Both the position numbers and the translations under genes were made by a program. Shown here one piece after another: positions 34,860-47,680 of a DNA stretch of 64,000 nt. Origin of the DNA: Orbicella franksi (taxonomy: Eukaryota). Below the pieces are notes generated by a model. The model worked only from the letters and a program-made list of their open reading frames with translations. It was not told where the DNA came from and made no database searches. The stretch spans positions 15,996,001 through 16,060,000 of the forward strand of contig OZ116700.1 in the NCBI GenBank assembly GCA_964199315.1, given 5' to 3'. Each line of letters begins with the position of its first letter. Positions within the stretch are counted from its first letter, which is position 1.

Positions 34860-35700
34860 TAAAGTTGAAAATTTTCGGGTTTTTTACCTTTAATAACATT
34901 TGTACCTTGTAAATAGTTCACAATTAACGTTGCTATAAACTAAAATACACCAAAAGTCACATGTTGAATTTATTTTATTTCTAAATACAGTTTGAACAAG
35001 TCTTTTTGGACAAGCACTTTTGGGTCTCAGACAACCAAATTCTCTATGATGGTTGTCCGATGGACAAGTGTATTTCAAAATTTTTCTCTTACTCTGGTAC
35101 CTGGGTAAACTTGCTTGTGATGGAAGCTCATATATAGTATCCAACACTTTCTTTGTTGAAACACAATGGTGTAAGAAGAATAAAGATACCGCAAGTAGGA
35201 GTTCCAACGGTAGAACTACCTTGTAGCTACTGGCCACACTAAGGTTTATAATATTTTGTCAATTTCTATTAAACTAGTCTTGCACAACTTAGCATCTGTC
35301 TTGATCCAGTTCATCCAACTAAATTAAGATTTTAAGAATTTTCATTGAGTTTTTTATTACAATAATTATTTATCAATAAGACGTACCAAAGTGGTTAATT
35401 GTGTACATGGTTTTATTAAATTATGATACTCGACGTACTTCTTTTACATATTTTGGTACGTTTGTTTCAGTTTAACAAAATAATGCAAATCAACATAATA
35501 TTCATTTGGTCATAAGGATAATTCTATCTCATCATCACTGCCCCAGGTTCCCATGAGATTGCCAAGCCCATGTACATAATCAGTGCGTTTAGCACGCATT
35601 ATCAGTTCAGCCACGTTATTTTTTACAGCCAGACTATTGTCTTTATTTCAAATTATTTTGGGTTTCTACTATATACGTCGGCACCAACATCACGTTTAAG

Positions 35701-37875
35701 ATGAGCCACTAGACCAAAGACGCTGACGATCCCTCAGAGACCATTTCAGGCCCTTCGAGCAAAGGACAAGAGAATGATCCAAATGTGAACATGGCAGGAA
35801 TTCGTCCCAGAATTCTCCAAGGCCTTCAAACTTCCCTCACACAACTCAGAGCTTCAAGGCAATGACATATCAGGCGATAACAATGTTACTGGTGGAAATG
35901 CTCTCAATATAGAGTCCGCCGGAGACAAGGTACTTGGTACAAACAGCACCAATAATGAGAAATAGTGAGAAAACAACTCCTGCAAAAAAAAACCCTGACC
36001 CAGGGTCACAGACATCACTAATAGACAACCTGACCCAGACATTTACTTCTAGCAAGATCTCGCCAGCTACAGCAGGCAAGATTGCCAAGCTGGTCGATAG
36101 CATGCTTGTGGGGGGCTTGTTGACGGAAACGGTCAAAGAACGAGCTAAAAGAGCACTCACCACCAGAAAACTGTAAATATCTATCAGTGACAACAGTGAA
36201 CAAGGAGATTTGGGACTTGCTGTCCAGGAAAACTCACTCAGTAGATTTAGCTTTCCAGCGAGTTCAAGAACCCATATTACAGGGATTGTCAGCCTTGACA
36301 AATTTGGCAGGCAAACTGGTCAAGGATATAACCAATAGCAAGACACCAGATACTCGCCAGGTGCTCGACCACGTAATGGATAGTGTTGCATTGTTAGGCA
36401 ATACTAACTGGAAGCTAAACATGAAGTGCCGAGAGCATATAAAGCCTTATCTAAATCCCCCCTACATACATCTGTGCAAGGAAGATATTAAACCTTCCAC
36501 AAAATTGTTTGGAGATGACCTCTCAAAACATCTCAAGGATATGTCTGAGGCAAAAAACGCAGGACAACAAATGCAGAAGGCTCCCTAGAACCTCCATGTA
36601 AACAGGTAAGCAAATTTGGTCAAGTTGATGAATTTTCAGCTATTGTGAATACAGATTTTTTACCTCATTTAGTCTTGAATTTTCAAGCAGGTTGTGTAAA
36701 GGACCATATAGACAACTGGAGATCAGTAACTATTAACCTGGTTATTCTCAATGCCATTACGCATCATTGCATCGACCTTGAAGGTGGATGTAGACCTGTT
36801 TAGGCTACTAAACCCAGACAAATTACATTTTCTTCTGGGGAAAAAGAAATTATTAGTGCTGAAATAACAAAACTCCTAGGTAAAGGGGTCATAGAATTAA
36901 CTGACCCCTTTAATGGAGGTTTCCTGTCCACAATTTTTGTGAGACCTAAAAACGATGGGAGTTACAGACTAATTCTTAATCTTAACCCTCTGAATAAATT
37001 TATCTCTTACTACCATTTTAAAATGGATACCATCCAAACTGCCCTCAAACTGATGCGACCAGGATGCTTCATGGCATCAGTCAATCTTTAAGATGCATAT
37101 TACTCAATTCCCATTGCCGCAGAGGATTGACAACTCCTTGAATTCTAAGACAGGGAAATTATTTCCATTTTACTTGTCTCCCAAATGGGCTTGCATCTGC
37201 CCCAAGATAATCCACTGAAGTGCTTTAACCCATTTTTTACCAATCTCAGAGCTCAAGGTCATTTTTGCATGGGATATAGTTATGCAGCCTGTGAGGAAAA
37301 CATTGTTCAGACAGTCAATATGTTTCTTAAGTTGGGGTTTGTCATCCGCCCCACAAAATCAGTGTTGGTACCCACACAAGAGGTCGGGTTTCTTGAGTTT
37401 CTTTTGAATAGCGTATCAATGAAAATAGAACAGGACCAAGCCACTGGTGTACTTGTAGTTTCCATTTGGCAGACTCAACCCTGGTTCAGGACTCTGCTTC
37501 ATCTGATAGTGGACTATCCCCTCCGTCTTCCAAAGTCAAATCAACTACTAATGCAACCTCACAACAGTGCACTTCACCCTCTTCGGAAACAATTAAAACT
37601 GATGGTCTGCAAGCTCTTCGGAACAAGTCTCTAGCATAAACATGTTTCAGACAAAGCTGCTGAAATCATCCTCAAGTCTTGGTCAGCAGGAACACAAAGG
37701 CAGTACAAGCCGTACATCACACAATGGATTGACTTTTGTAGTAAACGGGAGAGTGATCCCTATGACCCGCCTTTAACAGTAGTTTTGGATTTTCTTGTCA
37801 CTCTACATAACAAAGGACTGTCTTACACCTCCACCAATACTGCCCAGAGTGCCGTTTCAGCACTACTTAGCAACA
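35701..37875 (+). mobile_element. DIRS-type retroelement remnant (gag, RT, internally deleted RNase H, methylase-like tail, YR N-terminus)
   Basis: gag: VNKEIWDLL...LFGDDLSKHLKD. RT: FLSTIFVRPKNDGSYRLILNL, HFKMDT, DAYYSIPI, TCLPNGLASAPR. Then ATGVLVVSIWQTQPWF, and YR start SWSAGTQRQYKPYITQWIDFC. Confidence 0.85.
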
Positions 37876-38199
37876 GCTAAGTAGCAAATTACTGCGGGTC
37901 CAGCAATCAATATCAATCTGCGATTGATATCGATTGTTATCTATTTATATTGATTATCAGTTTATCGATTGACTACACCTGGTGAATAGTGAATGAACAA
38001 ACACTGTAACATGTACAACCACCTCTCTCAAATAACATTAAATATAATTCATTCAAAACACATCCAGTATCATAAATTTTTCATACCACGGAATACACTG
38101 AATTCATAAATGGTGGCGGCTCAGATAAGCCTCGGTACAAGAACATGAAAACAAGGCGGGTGAGGATACAATGTTATTTTCAAAAGGGCTACAGAGAGA

Positions 38200-40364
38200 A
38201 TGAACATATTTTCAGCACCGGTTTTGCTCACTGAAAATGATATTCCTGGGGCCAGCCTTGGGGGACGAAAGCCAGCAGAGCTAAAAAAGCAGATCTTGAG
38301 TTCTGGCTATGATGTAGAGGAGATTCTTGTAAAGGTCTTCACGTAAAAGCACAGCTTGTGAAGCGGTGTGTTCAAAGATCTGACAATTTCATGTAATTAT
38401 CATGCTTATAGTTAATGTTTAATTTTCTATTATTTTGCTGGGAATGTAGATTTTTAGGATTAAATGTAACATTCTTTTAGGCAAACGTTTCCCCTCAAGG
38501 AAAGCTGCCGTGTTATGTTACCAAATTAAAGCTAAATTTATATAATATGGTCATGACGTTTTGTTCCATCTTTTACCATTGTTGAGGAGTATATTGCAAG
38601 TGGCAGAGACAAATATATTGTAAACCCCGATCCCAACCAAATCTACACCACAAGAAACAGAAGGGAATGCTCCGTCTCAATTCCAAAGTACTCATCCAAG
38701 ATTTGGAATGTTACTGGAATAAAGTACCAAACTTCTGGCTGGGGTAAAGGTCTTGAAAAATTGCCTTTGTTTACTAAGGCTGACATGAAAAAGCACATTG
38801 AAAATTCTGGCAAAAAGGTGGGAAGTGTGGAACATCATTCAGTTCCCACAAGTTTGAAACCTGTGAAAACTATCCTTGAAGATGAATATTTGAAGGATAT
38901 TGAAACAAATGAAGATGAACATTGCTTCTATTTTAAATGTATATGTTATCACAGCTATAAGAACCATGAAACTCCTTATATGATAGAAGTTGCTCTTTGC
39001 ATTATATCAGGAAATGTGATGGATGCCACCTGTATATGTGCTGTGGGTAAAGTTGGCTATTGTAACCATACATTGGCACTCATGTTGAAAATTTGCAAAT
39101 ACTCCTTGTTTGAGAGCAAAACAACTAAAGATCTAAATGATGAATCTGATGAAAATCCAGCTCTCGCATGTACATCAAAGTTACAACGCCGACATAAGAG
39201 AGGTCAAGGTGATTCCATTCATCCCCGGCCAGCGATGGACTTAATTGTCACAAAAATTAGGCCTGATGATAAGAAATCTGACAAAGCTGTCTGCTGTCAA
39301 CTTTTTGAGGCCTGCAAAATAACAAAGCATGATTTAATAGTTGAAGAGAGGTTTAAAAAGTCCATTGCAGCTATCAAACCTAAAATGGGAATTGCTACAC
39401 TTGCCTCAAACACACCCAGTGAAACAGTGCAAACCAAATTTGGTAGCAGCCTGGTTGGGTCTATAAACAGTTATCAGTTATCATATACTGAGGCCAACTT
39501 TCCTGTGTATGTTAATAAAAGTTCCATTCCAAGATGTCCTGATTCAAATTTGGATATAAACAGCTACCCAAGATTTCCCCTTAAAAATGCTGAGCATTGA
39601 TTATTCCCAGACAATCTTACTAGTGAGGAAAGAACATTTTTATCTTCAGTTAAAGTTGATGAGGATGAACTGAACAAAATTGAACAGGAAACAAGGGAAC
39701 AGGTGAGTAGTTAAAGATGGAAGGAAGAAAGAAAGTTCAGGTTCACAACCTCAAGGGTCCATTTGATTTCCAGCAGGCAAAGAAATCATGATAATTTTGC
39801 TTAAGAATGATGCATCCAAAGAGGTTTGTAAGTAGACGTACAGCACATGGAAGAAAATATGAAGGAGCAGCAATTCTTGAGTATCAAAACCTTATGAATG
39901 CAAGCAAAACACCAGTAGTAGTGCTAAAGTGTGGACTTGTGGTTTCAAAAGAAATTCCAGTCTTTGCAGCTACTCCCGATGGGAAAGTTATTGATTTTGG
40001 ATGTAGTCAGCCATTTGGTATTTTAGAAGTTAAGTGCCCATCAACAAAATCTACTGTTACCCCACTTGATGCTTGTGCTGATCCCAAATTTTTTTGTCAG
40101 CAAATGGGTGACCACTGTTGTTTAAAAACTGATCTTGAGTACTATGCTCAAGTACAAGGCCAAATGGCAGTGACTGGTGCTTCTTGGTGTGACTTTGTTG
40201 TGTATACATTTAAAGGAATGTCAATTCACAGAATTTCATTTGATCAGGAATTCTGGGATAACATTAGTCAAAGACTCAAGTTATATTATTTCCAACATTT
40301 TCTAACCTTTGCTATACAAGAATACAAAGCCCAGGATAATAATCCAAGGCCAACAAGATTGTAA
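38200..40364 (+). pseudogene. SWIM zinc finger + YqaJ/lambda-exonuclease-like PD-(D/E)xK protein, spliced and disrupted
   Basis: LTENDIPGASL...FWL*CRGD; ATCICAVGKVGYCNHTLAL (SWIM); FAATPDGKV...GILEVKCP; YYAQVQGQMAVTG..WCDFVVYT. Confidence 0.8.
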
Positions 40365-40419
40365 TCCCTAATAGTGGACTGTTCAACTTTCTTTAAATTA
40401 CAGTACCTGTTATTAATGT

Positions 40420-42235
40420 ACAATAGTGTTTACTTTTTATAGCTTGTCAATGCCCTTTCCAGGCAAACTGCAGCATATTTACTTTCTTGCAACTAAGGGT
40501 AGTTTAATATATTGCTAAGGGGGGATGTTAAGAGACACACCAACTGGTAAAAGATCTTGAATGGTGAGACCTTTGTCAGCCACAATTGAGTCATTGGCTA
40601 GAAAAGGAAGGTCTAAGAATCCACTTCTCTGAGTTATTTCTCAGTCAGATATACTGCCAGTATAGAGCTGACTTATAAATGAAATATGTCCAGCGGGGGA
40701 AATGGCAATCAACCCTCTAAGTGTTGTGTGGTTCTTGTAGCTGCTGAAGAGTCTACTGTTTAACTGTAAACTACTCAACATCTGACACTTGATCTCAGCG
40801 CAATCTATTGTAGCCCTCTCGTATTAGGATATTTGTTTTTGAAGTCTTGAGGCATGTTATCCCAGGGCTCAAAATTAACTTTTTCGTTCGGGAGCCAGCT
40901 GGCGACTAATGGAAAAATTTTGGTCGCCAGATCGTAAATTTTGGTCGCAAACTTATTTTATAAATAACTTACACAAGAACACGATTTTATACGTTACTTT
41001 GCATGCAAGAAAAGTCACAATTGAAGAACGAAAACAATTAGAAACAACACGAGTAACACTTAGTTATAAAGCTACCGTTGTTCTCAGGTGATATGTCTCT
41101 GGTCCGAAGGTGATGGTTGTCTCCATAGTCATTCTAAATGAAGCGAAGCATAAAACGTTTTAAGTCCGTGGTTTTTATTGTGAGACAAACACAGGTCCTT
41201 GCATATTTTCCCTTTGCTACTTCTTCGAAATGCCGTTCTTTATTTTTGACTTGCTTTCCTCAAAGGATTCAAAGTGCAGATTAACCTTTTGGCTGAATCT
41301 TCATTCCCCGCACGTAAAAACTCACGTAATTCCTTCAACTGATTGGTATCTGCCGCCATTTTCGCGGCAAATGAAAAACACATGGTGTTGAAGTGCGCCT
41401 GCGATCCCAGTTTCGGAAGAAACCGCTGAAACAATATGGCGCGCCGTGAACGCAGTATCCGATTATCTTGTAATATTCAGACATTATTTCACTGGGAACG
41501 GAAAGGTGAGTTGTATACTAGCTACCATATCCAATTGATTTCCTAGTATAAAGGTTTAAAAACAAAAGTCGTGTCATGGTTTTTTTTAGTTATCGGACAA
41601 AACGCGAGTCGCCAGCTGGCGACCAGTTCTGAAAATTTAGTTGCCAGTGCTCAATTTTTGGTCGCATTGGCGACCAGTGAGTCGCAATTTCAAGCCCTGT
41701 ATCCACTACTTTTTGGGATGGCCAGATGTTCAACTCCAAACCTCAGATACATAAAGTTGACCCAGGAAATTATGATCCTGCTGACAGTAGATTGAGATAT
41801 GTTGTACAAGTGTCCCAGATGACGTTCTGCAAATCCCTGCCTAAACGTACACATGACTAGGAAGAATTCCTCCTTAGAGTTCAGTTTTCTAGGCCTGCCT
41901 AAGGCTGGTCCAGCATGAGATTGAGTATCTGTTTCATAATATTTAGGGTCAACATCACTGCTAACAGAACTCCAAAATCGGATGTTCTCCCCATTTTCTC
42001 CCAGATTTAAGTATGTATATGTCACCATGAAAACTTTATATGAAGGAAAGCCGGTATAAAATACAATGTATTCATTATTCATTGTTGGGGGGGGGGAGTT
42101 CATTGAAAGAGTCATTGAAGTAAACACATTTTGCAGGTTAGGCTTGCTTTTCGCAGCAAGGGGGAAAAGAAATGACATCATCGAAAAGCAAATGCACACA
42201 AGACTGTTTAGTTTTTGGTTGTGATTCTGGATCAT
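40420..42235 (-). pseudogene. Harbinger/ISL2EU transposase, paralogous to 455-2011, split by the 40863-41699 insertion
   Basis: FYTGFP...GRPRKLNSKEEFFLVMC..RQGFAE...SQSTVS...IWPSQKVVD|NMPQDFKNKYP..TIDCAE...YKNHTTL...SISD...ADKG. Confidence 0.85.
40863..41699. mobile_element. 837-bp non-autonomous TIR element with CAGGG termini and a 5-bp TSD (hAT5-like)
   Basis: TIR CAGGGCTCAAAATT versus AATTTCAAGCCCTG. TATCC at 40858-40862 and 41700-41704. Excision restores the transposase frame. Confidence 0.8.
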
Positions 42236-43484
42236 TCAATCAACAATAATGTGGTCTGTTTCGTTGGGATGCCAGATCACGTGCTACGTAACTGGAACAA
42301 TTAATGTTCCCAAACACAACTTTTGAATCGTGTTGGCTTGGAGATGTTTACTGTGGGAAAAGCTTTATTTCATTGGCTACATTTGTCCTGGGATTTGTTG
42401 ACTAGCTCCAGTGGAGACAAATAGTTCAGTTAGCCTTGGCTCTTACAGAGACGCTCCGCCGCCGCTGCCCCGCCCCCATGAAAAGTTCAGTCTGTATCCA
42501 GTTGAAATTGTTCGCAAAAGTACTCTAAAGCCATAAGAGTAAGCCTGGACCAAGGAACGGCAATAGAAATGTTGTCTACTTGTTGTCGCTGGTTGCTCAG
42601 AGTTTGCTTATGCTAAATCAGCTCCAATTGAAAATGTCAGCTAATATTCGTGCTTCCAGCTGAGAAAACTGTAAGTAAATTATACTTTTAGAAATTAGCT
42701 TTTGTGCTTAAACATGACCAGTTAATTTTAAAATGTTTAGCGTGAAGTTTGAAGCCAAATGCAATATTTAGTCCTTTTAAACCTGTGAGTCTACGGAAAC
42801 TGCACTGTCACGCAACATATCAAGAAATCATGGTTTATCAGTCGAGAAGGCCTCAACTTGCCTACCACAAATACACAGGAAAATACTGGGCTCTGTCATT
42901 ATGTTATATCTGTCCATAAAACTTCAGTTGTTGATGTAAATATGCTGATTTTAGCAGTAGACAGGAGTCAAAAGTAATGAAATCAGTCAAGTGTAAATTT
43001 TCTTCTGACAGTTGCAGACTGCGCGGCATGACATGCACAATGTTTACTAGAATTCATTTTCCACAGAAATTGTCGGGATTTTCAGCTGATCGAAGGAATT
43101 TCAATGTGACATAATTCAAATATGCAGTTGCAGAAAGTTCTGTCCGGCAACTGGAACTTCGTATGATTGTTGTATGATTGATTGATTGATTGTTCCTTAT
43201 TCATCTGAGAATTTCGTGCATATACAGAAAGCGAATGTTTACCCACCTTACAATAAATGGGGTGTCAAAAATAAATATGGCAGCGAGTGTCTGAAAAACA
43301 CTAAGACCTCAGGCCTAAGACTCCCTCTGAGTCTCAAAAACAAGTCAAAATTCGCCAAAAAACAACACCCAGTAAGAATAATGACACTAACAGCCACTGC
43401 ACAAAAACACTCAACCTTTTGCTAGTGGAACCCAGTCTAAACGCCAAGTAGAAACCGTGTGACAAACGCTTTGCTCTCGTGGAC

Positions 43485-43512
43485 AAATAAATAAATAAAT
43501 AAATAAATAAAT
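43485..43512. repeat. (AAAT)7 microsatellite
   Basis: Read directly. Confidence 0.95.
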
Positions 43513-43952
43513 ATCGCTGACGTTGACAAACTGTGGGAAATTCCACACAAAAACCCAACAGCGCCGCCAAAAATCAATACGCGACTTTGCTAAATTTTAC
43601 AACATTCAAGGATCACACAAGGAATCCTTCAATTAAAAATTGTTCAACAGTAAATCTACAATCAAAATGGTGATTTACTTTCCCAAACCCATCGAATCCG
43701 GCACTTGGGTAGTGCATTTGAACGCAATTTTGGCTCAGGGGGCGAGAAAATGCCCGGGGGGTTGCGTGCCGAAGCTTCGAATTGAACGGCGCATTAGTCC
43801 AATTGGCCAGGCATTTTCAAGTCGCCTCTCAATCAAAAACTCTCCACCGGTGAAATTCTGGGCTGGGTGCAGTAGGTTTTCAAAATTAATTCGTCACCAG
43901 AGCGACACATTTACACTTGTTTGTCAATAGGTCGACTTTCGCAGCGACACGA

Positions 43953-43992
43953 GGTTGTAGCGAATCGATTCGGGTTGTAGCGAATCGATTCG
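43953..43992. repeat. 20-bp tandem duplication, each copy containing the palindrome CGAATCGATTCG
   Basis: GGTTGTAGCGAATCGATTCG x2 plus a degenerate third copy. Confidence 0.9.
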
Positions 43993-44722
43993 ATTTGTAG
44001 CAAATTTGTCACCCCTTAAACAACCGCACTCCAATGCACGAGCCTCTCTACATCTAAGCTCGTATATATCAAAAGCTGCAACTTGTAATACGCTGACATA
44101 AAAAATCTATTTTCACCACTTCATACCCACGCATGCTGGACGAGAGTGAAGCAGACACTGGCAGCCGACTAACTGATCACGCGGACATTGCATCGAAACA
44201 GCTGAAGGCGTCAAGGAACAGCTGAAAACAAAAGCACAAAGCTGCAGTCAGATGTTGAGTCTATTCTAAGTTAAGTTCCGCTGAAATGTTACTTCATAAA
44301 GATAATGCTAAGTCTTGTTTCCACTGACTGTTTCGGGCGCAAAATACCCAGTTATGAAATAAGATCGTCGTCGAAGGTACGAACGTAAACAGCCGTCGTC
44401 GAATGTAAGCTGAATGTCTTCAGCTGAAAATGCACATTTAAACATTTTAAGTCTCTTTTATAGACAACTAATTCCTTAGATCCTACCTGCTTGGACAATG
44501 GGGTTCAAAAACCACGCTTTAACCTCTAAAATTAACACACCTACCTCCAAACGATCATCCATGAACGACAACACGTGGAAGAATGCCCACTTGAGTGATG
44601 CTGTCAGCTGTCGTCGAAAGACGGCGACAGAGGAGAGACTGGGGAAAAAGTGGGTACGTGTAACGTAACTAAACTTGTCACGATCCAGGATCATGTCACG
44701 CTTACTTACCTCCTATAATTTC

Positions 44723-44771
44723 CTTGTAGTTTCCTTGTAGATTTCAATGAAATCTACGAGGAAACTACAAG
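44723..44771. repeat. Near-perfect 49-bp palindrome
   Basis: CTTGTAGTTTCCTTGTAGATTTCA-A-TGAAATCTACGAGGAAACTACAAG (24-bp arms, 1 mismatch). Confidence 0.95.
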
Positions 44772-45470
44772 TAAATTATTTCAATTAAATCTACTACGTT
44801 TAAGTCTAAAAATTATCGAAGCGACTTTCAACTGCACAGCTTCGAGTCTTCGACAACTGGGAATGAAAATCTTCGGAAACTACGGAAATCCAGCGGAAAT
44901 GTAAGGAAACTTTTGGACTCTAACTTTCTTTTATATTCTTCCCTTGTAGTACTGGCCTTGAAGAACACCTACTAGCTCTGCTAGCTGAAATATTAACCAA
45001 CAAATACGTGCCTTTTTTTCTCATTCCCTTGCAATCAGTTAATTTTACTAAGAAAATGACAAAGTACGACTAGGGTAAACGTGGCTCTCCGGGAGTCATG
45101 AAACCATCGTCATCGTCATTATTATCCTGTCCGAGTCAAGAAGCCATAAAACAAGGTCTCTGCAAAGATTATCTCCCGGGAATTGTCTTTCTCGCCGGGC
45201 TTTCCCTTACATCTATCTATCCGCTACGCCACTGGTGGCCAAAGATGAAGCGTTCTTGACGTTTCTAGGCTGCGTTGTAGGCGTATTGCGGAAGGGGAAA
45301 CGAAGAGGCGAGAAACGCGAGGAAGAACACAAGCGTCCCAAACTCACGATTCCAGGGATCGGCGATCAAATATTAATGATTTATGTACGCGTATCGAGTG
45401 AGACGTGACCACCTAACGTGCGGGGTGTTGTGTTACACTATTTGAGCGCTCTAAAATGGCATTGTATATA

Positions 45471-46502
45471 CAGTGGAACCCCGTTAATACGGACACCAAG
45501 GGGACATGCCAAAATGTCCGTATTAACGGGGTGTCCGTATTAACCGGGGTGCTCGGAAAAAAAGTCACGGACACGCGTTTTATCGATACAAACACTAAGG
45601 CCGACACTTCTACGGCAACAAAACGTTTTAATTGTACTGTAAATTACAAATCATTAACTGTATCACTCTCGGTGAAATTTTGCCTTTGCAACCAGAGCCG
45701 GGAAATGGTGAGGACAAAAACGCAGTCGCCGTGCTAAAGGAAAGTCGAGTTATCGGCCACATTCCATATCACCTCGCAAACACCAAAAACCGCACTCGTA
45801 TAGTCACCCATTTTATTTCAAAGCCTACTAATCGAGGATCAGTTGAAGTATGTGGAAAAGCAGTTAATCGGGTTGGAGGCCTTGGTATGAAAATACCGTG
45901 GTTTATATTTTTGATGGTCCTAGGAAGCACGTGGATTTACTTGAACAATTAATAGACGTTGGCAACAACCCAGCAATACGAACGGAGGCCGATGCTGATA
46001 GTGGCAAGCATAAGACGTCAAAGAGGAAGAAGGCTACAAGCAAGGAGTGTAGCAAAAGACCAAGAAAGTGAAACTTTTGTGTAAGTGTATCAGGCAGAAA
46101 ACTTTATATGAGGACTGCAGACTGGGTAATGCACCGGAAGAAATAACTGGTCAAATGCGTCATGCTATTTTGACACTGTTTCATTTAATAATAAAATTGT
46201 ATTAACCTGCCGAAATCTGTCATAATTTGACCAGGGTACAAAATCTCTAATTAGCACATAATCATGACAATGACAATGGACAATGCACAGATACAAACAG
46301 TGTCCGTAAAGCGGGGTTGACGATGTATAACAGTTTGTCGCTCGGGACACAGAAAAGTGTCCGTTGTCCGTATTAACGGGTGTCCGTAATAAGCGGGTTA
46401 ACTTTAGAAAAAAGATATGAGCTTTTCGTCGGGGAAAACGAAACTGTCCGTAATATCGGGGTGTCCGTATTAAGCGGGTGTCCGTAGAGCGGGGTTCCAC
46501 TG
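45471..46502 (+). mobile_element. pogo/Tc1-mariner-type non-autonomous element, 1032 bp, TA TSD
   Basis: TA|CAGTGGAACCCCG ... CGGGGTTCCACTG|TA. Subterminal GTGTCCGTATTAACGGG repeats at both ends. Confidence 0.85.
45632..45952 (+). pseudogene. HIRAN-like domain fragment inside the pogo-like element
   Basis: GEILPLQPEPGNGEDKNAVAVLKESRVIGHIP...VTHFI...VEVCGKAVNRVGGLGMKIP fits the EP.N..D..AV.V...GH.P HIRAN pattern. Confidence 0.65.
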
Positions 46503-47225
46503 TAGTTTAAAATAACGAAGAATAAAGAAGCACAACGAAATAAAATGTTACTATTTTTAAATAAAATAAAACTGGTAGTAATCAGAGATTATGAGAGTGC
46601 GTTCTACGCTCTCACTTTAATATATAAAAACCGTAAATAAATGATTTCACTAGCTGACTTTCAACCTTTGACTATTGCCACTATTTTTAAATAAAATAAA
46701 ACAAATATACCCGCCTTGGCTGGCTTCCGCTGTCCATTTGGCCTATTTTATCGTTTTGGGGGTTTCTGAGGTGTTTGTAGCGGCTTTCTATACACTTCGT
46801 CTTTTATTTTTTTATTTTTTTTTTCTAAAGTAACATTTTATTTCGTTGCGCTTTTTTATCCTTCGTTATTTTAAACTCCATACAATGTCTTTTAGAGCGC
46901 TCAAATTCTCAATGACCCAAAGTGAAACACAACACTGCGGTCACGTCCCACTCGATACCCATATATAAAATATTTGATCGATTCTTCGAATCGTGACTTT
47001 GGGACGCTTGTGGCAAGAAGGGAAAAAACAAGTTCCTCCTAACGAATTTTACGTCGTACCCTTAAAACGATGGGTTTCTGATTTATTTTGGCCATTTACG
47101 CTGTTAGAAATCGGATAATGAGTTGCTTGTTAAATAATTTGGCATGAAAGATTAAAAGTAACGTCAATCTCTACGGCTTTGTGAAATATTTCTTTGAGAC
47201 CAAGTGAAAATAAAGCATGTAACGC

Positions 47226-47254
47226 TTGTTGTTGTTGTTGTTGTTGTTGTTGTT
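47226..47254. repeat. (TTG)n microsatellite
   Basis: Read directly. Confidence 0.95.
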
Positions 47255-47449
47255 ATTGTCAATATCGACGTTTCGATGCATCAAGCATCATTCTCAAGAT
47301 TGACTTCGTTAATGTCAATCAGAGGATCAAAGTCGTTATTTTAGGTTATACCAGCAAATTGTTCACTACCAGCCTTTGACACTTATTTTGAGTTTGAAGT
47401 GCCTGAAATGTGCAAGAATGCTTACACTTTAAGTGTTGTTCATTGTAAG

Positions 47450-47680
47450 AAACATATCAAACACAAGAGATTGTGTTTTACCATAATTCGAAACACCGAA
47501 AAGAGAGTCAGTGCATAGCGGACAATTTTTGCTAAACGTTGAGGTGTTTAGAAATGTGGTAGAACACTGTCTCACACGTTTCATGTAGGGTCTTCGTCGA
47601 AATTTGAGATGCGGAGAAAATGGAGAAATGAAATCGTCAAAATCTATACTTAATTAAGATCTGATAACATCCAAACATGC
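47450..47680 (+). mobile_element. Decayed copy of the Crypton-related hairpin-plus-tail family
   Basis: ATATCAAACAC...AAACACCGAAAAGAGAG...GAGGTGTTT...AAATCGTCAAA, similar to 63433-63702. Confidence 0.5.

Larger units (their letters stand above)
38094..42240. mobile_element. ISL2EU-type element: YqaJ nuclease gene (+) convergent with Harbinger-type transposase (-); right end not found
   Basis: The left terminal motif TACACTGAATTCATAAATGG matches the end at 4117-4136. The YqaJ-plus-transposase pairing is the established ISL2EU gene set. Confidence 0.72.
45441..46905. mobile_element. Foldback/MITE with ~75-bp TIRs whose left arm is split by the pogo-like insertion
   Basis: Left arm TTTGAGCGCTCTAAAATGGCATTGTATA[insert]GTTTAAAATAACGAAG...GTTACT matches the reverse complement of about 46830-46905. 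Confidence 0.75.

Noticed and set aside
47194-47379. Poly-cysteine ORF
   Set aside because: It is a translation of the (TTG)n microsatellite.
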